DNA from: a virus
Taxonomy: Duplodnaviria > Heunggongvirae > Uroviricota > Caudoviricetes
IMG/VR virus record: IMGVR_UViG_3300031712_000052
Location: 1 to 30,665 of that record
Length of the DNA: 30,665 bases
Direction: 5' to 3' (one strand)
Made by a program: the position numbers and the translations under genes. The notes under the pieces are model-generated. The model was not told where the DNA came from, made no database searches, and saw only the letters and a list, made by a program, of their open reading frames with translations. Positions 9,101 through 17,518 of the stretch are shown piece by piece (positions within the stretch are counted from its first letter, which is position 1; each line of letters begins with the position of its first letter).

Positions 9101-12100
9101 TATGACAGATAAGCAAGTCCACGAGATGAGCAACGGTGAGCTCAAAGATCCATCTAAGATGACTGTTGCTAAAACCATGCGGCCTGAGCCAGGTGGTCTA
9201 TTCGATCAGAAGATTACAGGTGGTATGGAGGGGGATAAGTGGAGTCACTTCGTATTGCCAGAAGCATTCCCGAATCCAGTATTTGAGGGAGCCATAGTAA
9301 AGCTGACTGGACTCAAGACTAATCAGTATGATGGACTGATCGCAGGTACACTAGCCTATGATCCCATTACAGGTAAGTATGGTGACCCGCTGAAGATTAA
9401 GGGCGGTCTAGTGGGTGGTAAGGCTTTTGCTGCACTACTAGGAAAGATAAATGTGAAGAAGGACCTGGTTGCTGCCTTGGATAAGTTGCAGAAGCCAACA
9501 CTCAAGGGGTCCTACCTAGACGACGTAAACAAACGGGTCAAGTTTTTGAAGGTGCTGGATAAGATCGGTGTCAGCCCCCGTGATGCATACATGATGCAGA
9601 GTGTGCCAGTACTTCCCCCATCCATGCGTCCTTTGCCCATCCTTCCAAACGGTACTATAAGTGAAGATGACTTGAATGGTCTGTACAAGAATCTGCATCT
9701 GACTGCATCCAGATACGCAAAAATGTCCCCGCTCATACCGGACGATGATCAGTCTAAGGTGGAGCTGAGACAAGAAGTGTATGATGGTTTGCGTGCGCTG
9801 GCGGGCATAGGCAGCTACCCACGTGGTATTCGTAGAGGCATCTTGGACTACATTGCCGGCAAGCGTGTAGATCCCAGTACTGGTGCCAAGGTGGGCCCTC
9901 CAAAGGAGGGATTCTTCCAGGAGCAATTGGTCACACGCAAACAGGATATGACTATGCGTGGAACGATTGTCCCAGAGCCCTCACTCAGCCTAGATGAGGT
10001 TGGAATACCAAAGTCTGCAGCTCTAGAACTGTACAAGCCTTTCGTGATTCGAGAACTACGAAATTTGATGGGCATCTCTCCTCTGCAGGCACAGCAGAAA
10101 ATGCAAGAGGGTGGGGAGATAGTAGACCGAGCTTTAGATAGGGTCATCCTCAGTAGGCCAATACTCCTGAAGCGAGACCCCGTGCTTCACAAGTATGGTA
10201 TCCAAGCATTCAAGCCCCGTATTGTCGGTGGAAAGGCTGTTCAAATCCACCCACTAGTCACCAGTGGTTTCAATGCGGACTTCGATGGAGACGCTATGGG
10301 TGCCTTCGTACCTGTAGGCTCAGAGGCCGTGGCTGAAGCACACAAGATGTTCCCCTCCAATAACCTGTTCAGTCCCGCTACTGGTAAGTTGATGTACTCC
10401 CCATCCGGAGAGAGTAGGCTGGGTTTGTATGGACTCACACGTGTAGGAGCTGTCACCAGCCATGAATTCTCTACGATTCAGGATGTGGAGGCTGCGGTCA
10501 GAAAGGGAGAGGTAAAGCTCACAGACCAAATAAAGGTTGGAGGTATACACTCTACAGTTGGCAGGTTCATGGTCGCTGGTGCATTACCAGAGGTTATGAG
10601 GGGAGAGTATCTTGGGAAGACGGACCCTCTAAATGCATCAGCTCAAGAAGAGCTGATGACACGCATCGCGAAGGAGCACAAGAACGAGTACGGACAGTCC
10701 ATCAACAAGCTCAAAGATCTAGGCAACATGTGGGCCACTCAGACTGCCTTTTCAGTTGGTCTCAAAGACGTAGCTCCTATACGGGAAATTAGAGATCAAA
10801 TACTAGCCAAGGCGGATGCCCGAGTAGAGAAGTTGTCAGGGCCGTCTAGAGACGCCAAAGCCATTGAGATCTATGCGAAGGCCACAGAAGAGTTAAATGC
10901 CCACTTGAGGGCCGTACCAGAAGAGGGCAACAATCTCATGTTGTTGCACAACACGGGTATGAAGGGTGGCACGGACACCGTAAGACAGACTAGAGCTGCA
11001 CCTATGCTCATGGCCAATCATAAAGGGGAGATCATACCCAACCCTGTACGTAAGTCTTATGCTGAGGGCTTAGACATTGCCGGTTACTGGACAGCTACCA
11101 GTGGTGGTCGCAAGGGTGTCATTCAGAAGGTTCAGGCAGTTAGAGAGCCTGGTCATATCACTAAGCAGGTTATCAACTCTACGATGAATAACCTCATTCT
11201 AGATCATGACTGTGGTACTAACAAAGGGATCGCTCTATCCGTAGATGAGAAAGATATTCTAGATAGATTCACAGCTGCAGATGTCAGACTTGGCAACAGG
11301 ATAGTAAAGTCAGGCACACTAATCACCCCAGAGTTGCGAAGTGCTCTCAGGAACAACAATGTGGGTAAGGTGGTAGTTAGATCTCCGCTGCGTTGTTTGC
11401 ATGGACCTGGTCTGTGTCAGATGTGCTATGGCCTGACGGAGAATGGAACTCTACCGGAGAGGGGACTGAACGTAGGCATTCTTGCCGGTCAGGCTATAGG
11501 TGAACGTGCAACACAGCTAGCCATGAAAGCATTCCATACTGGTGGTACTGCCTCATCGAAGTCGGCACTTGTTGATCAGTTTGAACAGGTGCAAGACCTG
11601 TTGCTGTTCCCGAAGAATTTGCCAGGTTCAGCAACACTGAGCACAGTATCTGGTAAAGTAACCAAGATAGAAAAGGATACGGCTGGAGGTCACAACGTAC
11701 TCATAGAGGGGGAGCGGCACTACATCCCGCTGTCTAGAGGAGTACCAGTCTATGACAAAAAGCCTTTGGTAGTTGGTACAGAGGTCAAGAAGGGCTTGCC
11801 CATCTCAGATGGTAGGGTGAACCCGCATGAGATGCTGCCTCTGACTGGAATTGAACCAGTACAGGTCATGTTGGCAGATAATCTGGATGACATGTACAAA
11901 GGTCAAGGAATTCGTAGACGTAATCATGAGGTAGTGATCAAGGCGCTCACTAACCTCACCAAGATAAAGGATGCAGGCTCTTCCACACACTTCATTCGAG
12001 GTGACTTTGCGCCCACTACATTCGTGTCCTCATTGAATAGAAGTATGGCTAAGGGAGAACGGCCTATAGTTCATGAGCCCATACTCAAGGGTGTGAATGT

Positions 12101-12284
12101 ACTACCACTAGACATGCAGGAAGATTGGATGGCCAAGCTCAACCACGAGGGTTTGGCAGATACTGTGATCAGCGCAGCACAACAGGGATGGAGAAGCCAT
12201 ATACACGGCCTACATCCAATTCCTGCGGTCGTTTACGCCGCCGAGCTAGGCAAGCCACCTAAAGAACATCCGGAGTGGTACTGA
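6105..12284 (+). CDS. rpoBC: Fused beta/beta-prime multisubunit-type DNA-directed RNA polymerase (2059 aa)
   Basis: Beta motifs: DPIHTPEG, GYNYEDGI, GDKITGRHGNKG, LNPLGV..R.NLGQ. Beta-prime motifs: catalytic NADFDGD (nt 10272-10292), VPVLPPSMRP, LKRDPVLHKYGIQAF, Zn site DCGT..RSPLRC..LCQMCYG, trigger loop QAIGERATQLAMKAFHTGG. One uninterrupted frame with the junction near aa 990. GTG start with AGGAG SD. Confidence 0.97.
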   Translation: MARIVPAEGFDLLKDRVQNAVSGLFPIVGKKNTLELHDVAVRDNLDSGDFRSQKEAKLEGKSWAVPVEATVSLKDNATGKVIDRQKIKLMSLPKITNRYSSIVDGQEYQVDNQWRLKPGVYNMIKADGALESHFNAPGGGFKIHFDPATREFSMGYGNSNIPLKPLLHAMGMPEEEVEKRWGKDIAAANHADMPKALAKFYKSDTGLKPASIMTSEDMRAHFWQVMDNTKMNPDVNMLTLGKPHSNVTGATLLDASVKLLKISRGEAKPDPRDAIMFKDLHSMEDFAAERITRGSRDILRKIGNTVDKKDKVRDIIAPDIFNRHIRQLFSKNSLSSVPSQTNPLEMISAQFKTTITGDGGIKSEHTVSDEAKLIDPSHLGYLDPIHTPEGKETGITLRLPIGVTKNGHDVTIRMYNLHTGKTEDVNPTVAYRSHVVLPDQVKWVEGKPVPIGPSIKISGLENEIYDGSIKSADYVMKDPMQMFSFASNLIPFMPADHPNRSTMAGRQMEQSVSLLHREAPLVQSLAGVHSFDHFVGGFASHHTRDSGTVAQIKSDAVVIKGADGKRHEVQIYDHFPLNEDKAFLHSTPIVKVGDKVTAGQTVADTNYTKNGVLALGTNLRVGFMPYKGYNYEDGIVVTESAAKKLTSEHLHRHSIERDVAHVLDKRKFQAYIPTGMNRAQAEKLDDEGVIKPGTVVMPGDTLIAALRASNESEKREDVQLSKLHKSIVRPFKDASVTWDNDYPGVVKEVVKTGHNVAVHVKTEETLEIGDKITGRHGNKGIITKIIPDHEAPHTKDGRPIDVILNPLGVTCRTNLGQVLEVAAGKIAEKTGKTYFTKNFKPGADLHAQVTQDLAKHGLTDKETVYDPSNGRPMGDALVGPMHVLKLHHQVEKKLSARALGYGYAYDRNKIPKGGGPHGAQSLGVLGLYSMLAHGATANLREMNTLKSDAGQGDQFWAALQAGELLPTPKPTFAYNKFISLIKGLNVNVEKTGNSLTLSPMTDKQVHEMSNGELKDPSKMTVAKTMRPEPGGLFDQKITGGMEGDKWSHFVLPEAFPNPVFEGAIVKLTGLKTNQYDGLIAGTLAYDPITGKYGDPLKIKGGLVGGKAFAALLGKINVKKDLVAALDKLQKPTLKGSYLDDVNKRVKFLKVLDKIGVSPRDAYMMQSVPVLPPSMRPLPILPNGTISEDDLNGLYKNLHLTASRYAKMSPLIPDDDQSKVELRQEVYDGLRALAGIGSYPRGIRRGILDYIAGKRVDPSTGAKVGPPKEGFFQEQLVTRKQDMTMRGTIVPEPSLSLDEVGIPKSAALELYKPFVIRELRNLMGISPLQAQQKMQEGGEIVDRALDRVILSRPILLKRDPVLHKYGIQAFKPRIVGGKAVQIHPLVTSGFNADFDGDAMGAFVPVGSEAVAEAHKMFPSNNLFSPATGKLMYSPSGESRLGLYGLTRVGAVTSHEFSTIQDVEAAVRKGEVKLTDQIKVGGIHSTVGRFMVAGALPEVMRGEYLGKTDPLNASAQEELMTRIAKEHKNEYGQSINKLKDLGNMWATQTAFSVGLKDVAPIREIRDQILAKADARVEKLSGPSRDAKAIEIYAKATEELNAHLRAVPEEGNNLMLLHNTGMKGGTDTVRQTRAAPMLMANHKGEIIPNPVRKSYAEGLDIAGYWTATSGGRKGVIQKVQAVREPGHITKQVINSTMNNLILDHDCGTNKGIALSVDEKDILDRFTAADVRLGNRIVKSGTLITPELRSALRNNNVGKVVVRSPLRCLHGPGLCQMCYGLTENGTLPERGLNVGILAGQAIGERATQLAMKAFHTGGTASSKSALVDQFEQVQDLLLFPKNLPGSATLSTVSGKVTKIEKDTAGGHNVLIEGERHYIPLSRGVPVYDKKPLVVGTEVKKGLPISDGRVNPHEMLPLTGIEPVQVMLADNLDDMYKGQGIRRRNHEVVIKALTNLTKIKDAGSSTHFIRGDFAPTTFVSSLNRSMAKGERPIVHEPILKGVNVLPLDMQEDWMAKLNHEGLADTVISAAQQGWRSHIHGLHPIPAVVYAAELGKPPKEHPEWY

Positions 12285-12287
12285 TCT

Positions 12288-13532
12288 ATGGCTGCTTCCT
12301 TTAAGAACTCCGCTTCTAGAACTGGTAACAGAACAGCAAGGTTCGAGACCGGTGTAATAGCCAGCGTAAACGTCCAGAACATGACGGTGGATTGGACTGC
12401 ACAGCACAGCGGAAAACAGATGGCTGGAGTACAGGTGATGTCGCCCTACCTGCACTACAACAATGGGGAGGGGTACAACTTCTGCCCGGAGGTGGGGGCA
12501 ATTTGCGTGTTGTGCTGGCCCTCTGATGAGGAGTCTCCTTTTGTCATGGGCTTCATCACAGCTCCAGAAATAGTAGGGGCTGCCTCTGGAAATGTGCAAC
12601 AGGAGTCGCAGGACCCGGATGTAGAGAGTCCTGATGACATGCCTTCTGCTCAGACCACCAACTCAGGTGGTACTACCACACCCAAGACTACAGACGCCAG
12701 CTATCGTGCTGGTCGTCCTGTAATGAATCCAGGCGACATATGGATACAGGGTAGGGATGAGAACTTTTTGATCTTGAAGAGGGGTGGAGTTCTTCATATA
12801 GGATCTACGAACGTATGCCAGCGTGCCTATGTCCCTATTGCCAATTACATTCGTGACTTCTGTGAGAACTACGAGCTCAACACAGCGGCCGGTTCTTTGT
12901 CTTGGCTAGTTCATCCTGTCGAGAAAGATCCTGGGGGCAATGCACCCACTGAGTTCACCCTACTGGCCAGGGAGTTTGCACAAGACAGGAATGCCTCCAT
13001 CAAGGTTAGCGTAGGTTCTTTGAATTCAGAACCTAAGCCTCCTGGCGGACCTAGTGATGACAAAACATTCATAGAGGTTGTGATTGCACCCAGTAACATA
13101 GATCCAGCAAGTGGCCAGGTGTCGGGAGACCCAACTTACGTACTGAGGATATCTAAGGATGGCCACTCCTACTCCATGCAGGCTGGCAATCGTACGGTGG
13201 AGGTGAAGGGTAACGATTCCCTGACTGTTGAAGGAGACCAAACCATTCAGGTAACCGGAGACCGTTCAGTAACTGTGCAGGGTAAGGTTACTGAGACCAT
13301 CACAGGTGAACATAACATCACTGGGTCGGATGCAAGTACCGAGACTTGGGCTAAGATCAAGGTAATCGATGCTCCCCTCACAAAAATAGGTGGTCCTGAC
13401 GCTTCCGAGCCGGGCACTCTTGGGTTAAAGTTGTTGGAGTGGCTTGCTACCCACACACATGTGCCGTACTCTCCACCCATACAGGCGGGAACATTGCAGT
13501 CCATTCTATCCAAGAAAGTGATGCTTAAATAG
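12288..13532 (+). CDS. Contractile-tail central spike (gp5/gpV/VgrG-like, 414 aa)
   Basis: N-terminal OB-fold-like segment (ETGVIASVNVQNMTVDW...P.VGAICVL), 8-residue beta-helix repeats (VEVKGNDSLTVEGDQTIQVTGDRSVTVQGKVTETITG), and a C-terminal HxH metal-tip motif (THTH). Confidence 0.8.
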   Translation: MAASFKNSASRTGNRTARFETGVIASVNVQNMTVDWTAQHSGKQMAGVQVMSPYLHYNNGEGYNFCPEVGAICVLCWPSDEESPFVMGFITAPEIVGAASGNVQQESQDPDVESPDDMPSAQTTNSGGTTTPKTTDASYRAGRPVMNPGDIWIQGRDENFLILKRGGVLHIGSTNVCQRAYVPIANYIRDFCENYELNTAAGSLSWLVHPVEKDPGGNAPTEFTLLAREFAQDRNASIKVSVGSLNSEPKPPGGPSDDKTFIEVVIAPSNIDPASGQVSGDPTYVLRISKDGHSYSMQAGNRTVEVKGNDSLTVEGDQTIQVTGDRSVTVQGKVTETITGEHNITGSDASTETWAKIKVIDAPLTKIGGPDASEPGTLGLKLLEWLATHTHVPYSPPIQAGTLQSILSKKVMLK

Positions 13533-13535
13533 ATC

Positions 13536-13817
13536 ATGCCACTAGTTGCCTCCGCAATGTCTGACGCCATCTATACTCTGCTGATAGCAAAGCCTATCGG
13601 CATGCAGCCTGTGATGACCCCTGTGCAGACACCAAAACCAGATGGGACGGTGGATGTAAAGTCAGCGGTCACGGGCATGCTACCAGTAACACTAGACCCA
13701 ACTTTGGCAAGACTGATCTCAGACTCGGTAGCCACTGCAGTATGTAACCAGATACTATCCGCAGCTATAGTCACGGTTGCTGGTCCTACAGGACCACTAC
13801 CTGGAAAAATCACGTGA
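13536..13817 (+). CDS. Small hypothetical protein, probably baseplate-associated (93 aa)
   Basis: Fills the gap between the spike and the next gene with 3-nt and 10-nt spacers. Function is inferred only from position. Confidence 0.6.
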   Translation: MPLVASAMSDAIYTLLIAKPIGMQPVMTPVQTPKPDGTVDVKSAVTGMLPVTLDPTLARLISDSVATAVCNQILSAAIVTVAGPTGPLPGKIT

Positions 13818-13827
13818 GGAGTTCATC

Positions 13828-15843
13828 ATGGACCTGTTTCTAGACAACGAGCCTATTCAGATCGAAAAGACTGGCATGGAGGCAGGCTTGAGCGAAGATG
13901 CCAATGACTGGCCTCAACAGATCTTAGATGAACTGTATCGACAGGTGCCCTACGCCAGTGACTATGCGCCGAAGGTCGTGCTTCGCACCATTGATGCAGA
14001 CCGTAGGTATGGTCTTGGTCAGATAGAACTACTCAACAAGATGGCGATCAATCCTAGGGATGATGATACTCCCGAGGTGTTGAAGGGTAGACAAAAGGCT
14101 CTGATTCCAGTCATCATCCAGGACGGTAAGCTCAAGCCGCTGGATGTTCTGATGTACGATGGGAAGGTAGAACCCCTGACGGATGAGCGGTTGAAGAAGG
14201 CCCTGTTCCGGCCCAACCTGTTCGAGGCTATTCGTGAACGTCCTGGGGACATCTCTTTGATTGAGCAGCTGTACCCACCGCACAGGCAGTATGGCGGTGC
14301 TCGTGGTCCTATGATGGCGGACATAGGTGCTGCCGGTATGGGCAAGGAGAGTAGCGCCCAGCTACCATTCCTATTCGATGCCATTCTACCCACCATCACA
14401 GAGGAACAAGCTGCAGACGTTATCGAGAAGATGGGTGCAGACAACTCTGTTGTGTATGCACAAGTGACGAAGAACCCAGTAGTTGGTGAGTTCCTTCACA
14501 AGCTGGGTAGTGCAAGCCTGGCGGAGGCTGCTGGACCTGACTACCTGAGGAAGGTAGCTGGAGCCATCATACCCAACGTCATGCAAATTCAAAAGATCGA
14601 AGGTGGCTTTAGGATCAAGACTGCGAATTCAGAAGCACTCATTCCAGACTCTCAAGACATTCCCCGTCCAGCAGCAGTAGGTGCGCTGGGTGGAGACATG
14701 GTGTCCAGAGTAGAGGCTGATGGCACTACGACCATCACTACTCAACCTGTGGTCAAAGAGACTCTTCTTGATCTTCAGATCGAAGTGGTCAACAAATTCG
14801 GTCTCTACAAGGTGAAGACACAGGATGAGAACCGAGAGCTAGTAGGGTGGGTGTTCCCGAAGGTCATGGACTTCAGTGGCACACTTCTACCGATGGCGCT
14901 GTTTACGAATGGTAGCGAGTCGGCAATGCAAGAGAACATTGCTGGTGTGCCACTTGGTCGGCACACAGACCTTTTGGACACAGACCCAGAGGGTTTTGGC
15001 TCCTTCTACTACGCCACTCCAGAGGGTGCCATCGCATTTGTACCCGTCAACATTCATGCGACTGTTGAGACCCCAGAGGGCACTGGGTTCAAGTGTGACA
15101 CTGTTACTGGTGAACAGCTGATCATAACCAAGGTGCCTGGTCTGAAGGAGGTGTCTGTGATTGAGGAAGGACACTACGGAATTCCTGAGGACTGCGGATT
15201 CCTGTCCTTCAACGAAGTAGTTGACTTGGCCTCGTCTCCGGATGAGTACACCAAGGTGGCAGAGGCTAGAGCTCTGCCGACTGCTGTCCGGGTAATAACG
15301 GACAGTGGGATCAACTTTACATTCCAGGGGGAGGCCATAGACAAGTTGGCAGGTGTCATGGAGTCCTTGTGTTTGGACAAGGATGGTGCCGTCTTCTTGG
15401 GCACGGTACTAGGGCAAGAACCGGTACAGTTTGAGAAGGACCTGGTAGGCATGCGTAAGCAGGCAAGCCAGGAGATGTGGTTCTCTGCTAGACCAGTTAC
15501 GCTGTTCAAGGACTGCTTCCAGAAGGCCAAGTCAGCAGCTGCTGACTACTTGAAGAGCCTACCTAACCTACGGGCTTACCTGCTCAAGGAAGCGGCCATG
15601 CTCGAGGACCCGATATCAGTAGACAAGATACTGTCGGTAGGGTTCATCAACCCAGAGAACGTCACCATCTTTGCTAGCTACGTGCCAGAGTTCGAGGCAG
15701 TTATACGGAAGTTAGCAGAGTTACTAGTGGCTACACGTATGGGTCTCAACTCCGTGGATGAGGGTGCTCTACAACGGTCCATGGTTCATCTAGACAAGGT
15801 GGTTGCTGGTCTGAAGACACTTGGTGCCTTACCACAAGCATAG
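13828..15843 (+). CDS. Large hypothetical virion protein with multiple KxA motifs (671 aa)
   Basis: SD GAGGAG precedes ATG 13828, preferred over 13777. Contains KVAG, KVAE, KLAG, KQAS, KSAA, KEAA and KLAE. Confidence 0.75.
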   Translation: MDLFLDNEPIQIEKTGMEAGLSEDANDWPQQILDELYRQVPYASDYAPKVVLRTIDADRRYGLGQIELLNKMAINPRDDDTPEVLKGRQKALIPVIIQDGKLKPLDVLMYDGKVEPLTDERLKKALFRPNLFEAIRERPGDISLIEQLYPPHRQYGGARGPMMADIGAAGMGKESSAQLPFLFDAILPTITEEQAADVIEKMGADNSVVYAQVTKNPVVGEFLHKLGSASLAEAAGPDYLRKVAGAIIPNVMQIQKIEGGFRIKTANSEALIPDSQDIPRPAAVGALGGDMVSRVEADGTTTITTQPVVKETLLDLQIEVVNKFGLYKVKTQDENRELVGWVFPKVMDFSGTLLPMALFTNGSESAMQENIAGVPLGRHTDLLDTDPEGFGSFYYATPEGAIAFVPVNIHATVETPEGTGFKCDTVTGEQLIITKVPGLKEVSVIEEGHYGIPEDCGFLSFNEVVDLASSPDEYTKVAEARALPTAVRVITDSGINFTFQGEAIDKLAGVMESLCLDKDGAVFLGTVLGQEPVQFEKDLVGMRKQASQEMWFSARPVTLFKDCFQKAKSAAADYLKSLPNLRAYLLKEAAMLEDPISVDKILSVGFINPENVTIFASYVPEFEAVIRKLAELLVATRMGLNSVDEGALQRSMVHLDKVVAGLKTLGALPQA

Positions 15844-15858
15844 TTCTAGGGGGCTGTC

Positions 15859-16767
15859 GTGGACATAAACAGATCCCCAGCTGAGGTCTTTATCTGCTTC
15901 TTGATCAGTCAGCAGAAGCACTCAGTGGATACTATTATCCACGTGTTGGAAGATCACAATCTCTACTCTGTCAATCGTAGATACATAGAGAAGCTACAGG
16001 AAAAGATGCTTCCTTTTCCAGAGCCTTGGGCGCCAACGCCCAACCTGGGAACTGAGGATGAGCAATTAGCTACGAGAGAGTACCTACGTACTCACAGCAT
16101 CCATGACCTGTGGTACCCCAGCGCGGGGGCTCAAGAAGCCTTCCAGATTCTAGGCAATCCAAGGCTAAGAGAAAGCACTGAACAGCTCCTGCTGTCTCCC
16201 TTGCGTATAGAGGAGACAGTCAGGAGACTGAATGAGCATCACAAAGTCAAACTGACAGTGGAAGGAGTAGAGGCGTTTGGCCACTACTTCTGGAATCGCA
16301 AGCTGCTCTCCATGGGGGAGTGGGTTGCGTACATGGATGACAAGCCTGCGGCCTATTCCCGTATCGTTACTCTGAAGGCATCACCAGACATAGCAGACAT
16401 GGTTGTGCCTTGGTTGGCTGGGATGTCGGGCCCTCCTTCCAACATCAACACTGGAGCTGTAGCACGCCGTATGCGTGACGTAGCATTCCTGAAGGTGTTG
16501 GAGATAGAAAGAGAGCCAGCATCTTTAGATCATGCCAACATGATGAGTAAGTACATGTCTGTCATCAAGGCAGCTGAGGACGAGATGCGCCAGAGTGACG
16601 TGGCTCTGCGTGAGGTTCTGAATGCCTTCGAGAAGTTCCGAATGAAGAAGGACAATCACAGAGTTCCTGCTATCGAAGATGTGGCTGGTGTAAACTACAG
16701 CCAGTCTGGTAGTGGGACTGATGTGCTGTCTGAGGCCGACCGATTACTGGAGGAAGCTGATGGCTGA
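15859..16767 (+). CDS. Hypothetical protein (302 aa); possible packaging-associated factor
   Basis: Long ORF with GTG start and AGGGGG upstream, a helical C-terminal half, and a position two genes before terL. Function is not established. Confidence 0.65.
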   Translation: MDINRSPAEVFICFLISQQKHSVDTIIHVLEDHNLYSVNRRYIEKLQEKMLPFPEPWAPTPNLGTEDEQLATREYLRTHSIHDLWYPSAGAQEAFQILGNPRLRESTEQLLLSPLRIEETVRRLNEHHKVKLTVEGVEAFGHYFWNRKLLSMGEWVAYMDDKPAAYSRIVTLKASPDIADMVVPWLAGMSGPPSNINTGAVARRMRDVAFLKVLEIEREPASLDHANMMSKYMSVIKAAEDEMRQSDVALREVLNAFEKFRMKKDNHRVPAIEDVAGVNYSQSGSGTDVLSEADRLLEEADG

Positions 16768-17278
16768 GAAACTAGAGATTGTACCGTTCAAAGCTGATGA
16801 GAATGAGTGTGCTGCAGTAGGTACGCTACCTACTGCCCCTTGCACTGCAGGGGCACTTGCCAGCGCCATTCCGAAGTTCAAAGAATGTACCATAGGCAAA
16901 CTATTTGTGGAGTTTGGGGCTAAAGATGGCTTGTTGATCTATCACCTCTACCACACAGATCGAAAGCACATATTCGATTCTGCCACAAGTAAGTTGGATG
17001 GTGGCTGCTCTGCTGAAGATAGGCAGTCCATAGCAGAGCTGGCAAACAATGCTCTAGAGGCGACGCCTTGGTGGCCTGGTATGCAGGCATGCCTAATGGC
17101 TGCAATATCAGATCAATTCAGAGACACCCCGTCCAGTGTGAAGTACGTATCGGAAGTAGACAGCTGGTCAGTGGTAATGCCTATGGAGACCATGCCACTT
17201 GGTGTACAAAGTCCGGAGCATGTAGCTGCTTTCGTACTCAATGTAGCGCACAGGTTGGGGCAAGCAGTAGCTGGCTAA
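16760..17278 (+). CDS. Hypothetical protein (172 aa)
   Basis: GGAGG precedes ATG 16760, which overlaps the upstream stop by 8 nt. Preferred over 16712. Confidence 0.65.
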   Translation: MAEKLEIVPFKADENECAAVGTLPTAPCTAGALASAIPKFKECTIGKLFVEFGAKDGLLIYHLYHTDRKHIFDSATSKLDGGCSAEDRQSIAELANNALEATPWWPGMQACLMAAISDQFRDTPSSVKYVSEVDSWSVVMPMETMPLGVQSPEHVAAFVLNVAHRLGQAVAG

Positions 17279-17479
17279 AATTGTGGGGTAATTGTTGGCC
17301 GGCTCTGCCGGCCTAGGCTTACGAGTAAAGGCCACCACAAGCAGTAACACCTGCCTACACACCCTACCAACCACGTGTTATGATTGCTAAGATCCCTTAC
17401 TCGTTGTTGTTTCTATTTTTTTACCGAGTGGGTTCTGCGAAGAATGGTGTGATGGCTATCTTCCATTCCTGTCAAAGTA

Positions 17480-17506
17480 CTTATACCCGATCTTTCGAAC
17501 TATTTT
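17480..17506 (-). promoter_or_regulatory. Putative phage promoter motif, copy 2 (AAA-N18-TATAAG)
   Basis: - strand: AAA ATAGTTCGAAAGATCGGG TATAAG. Divergent from the terL start, with no convincing ORF downstream. Confidence 0.6.
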
Positions 17507-17518
17507 TCACGAGCATTC

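Noticed and set aside
9750-9800. Apparent A302D-like sigma-binding substitution in the clamp helix
   Set aside because: It depends on alignment register. The better match (LQEAVDAL to RQEVYDGL) does not give it.
6105-12284. Interpretation as a cellular rpoBC locus or host contamination
   Set aside because: No ribosomal protein genes flank it. It is embedded among portal, spike and terminase genes and is strongly reduced and divergent.
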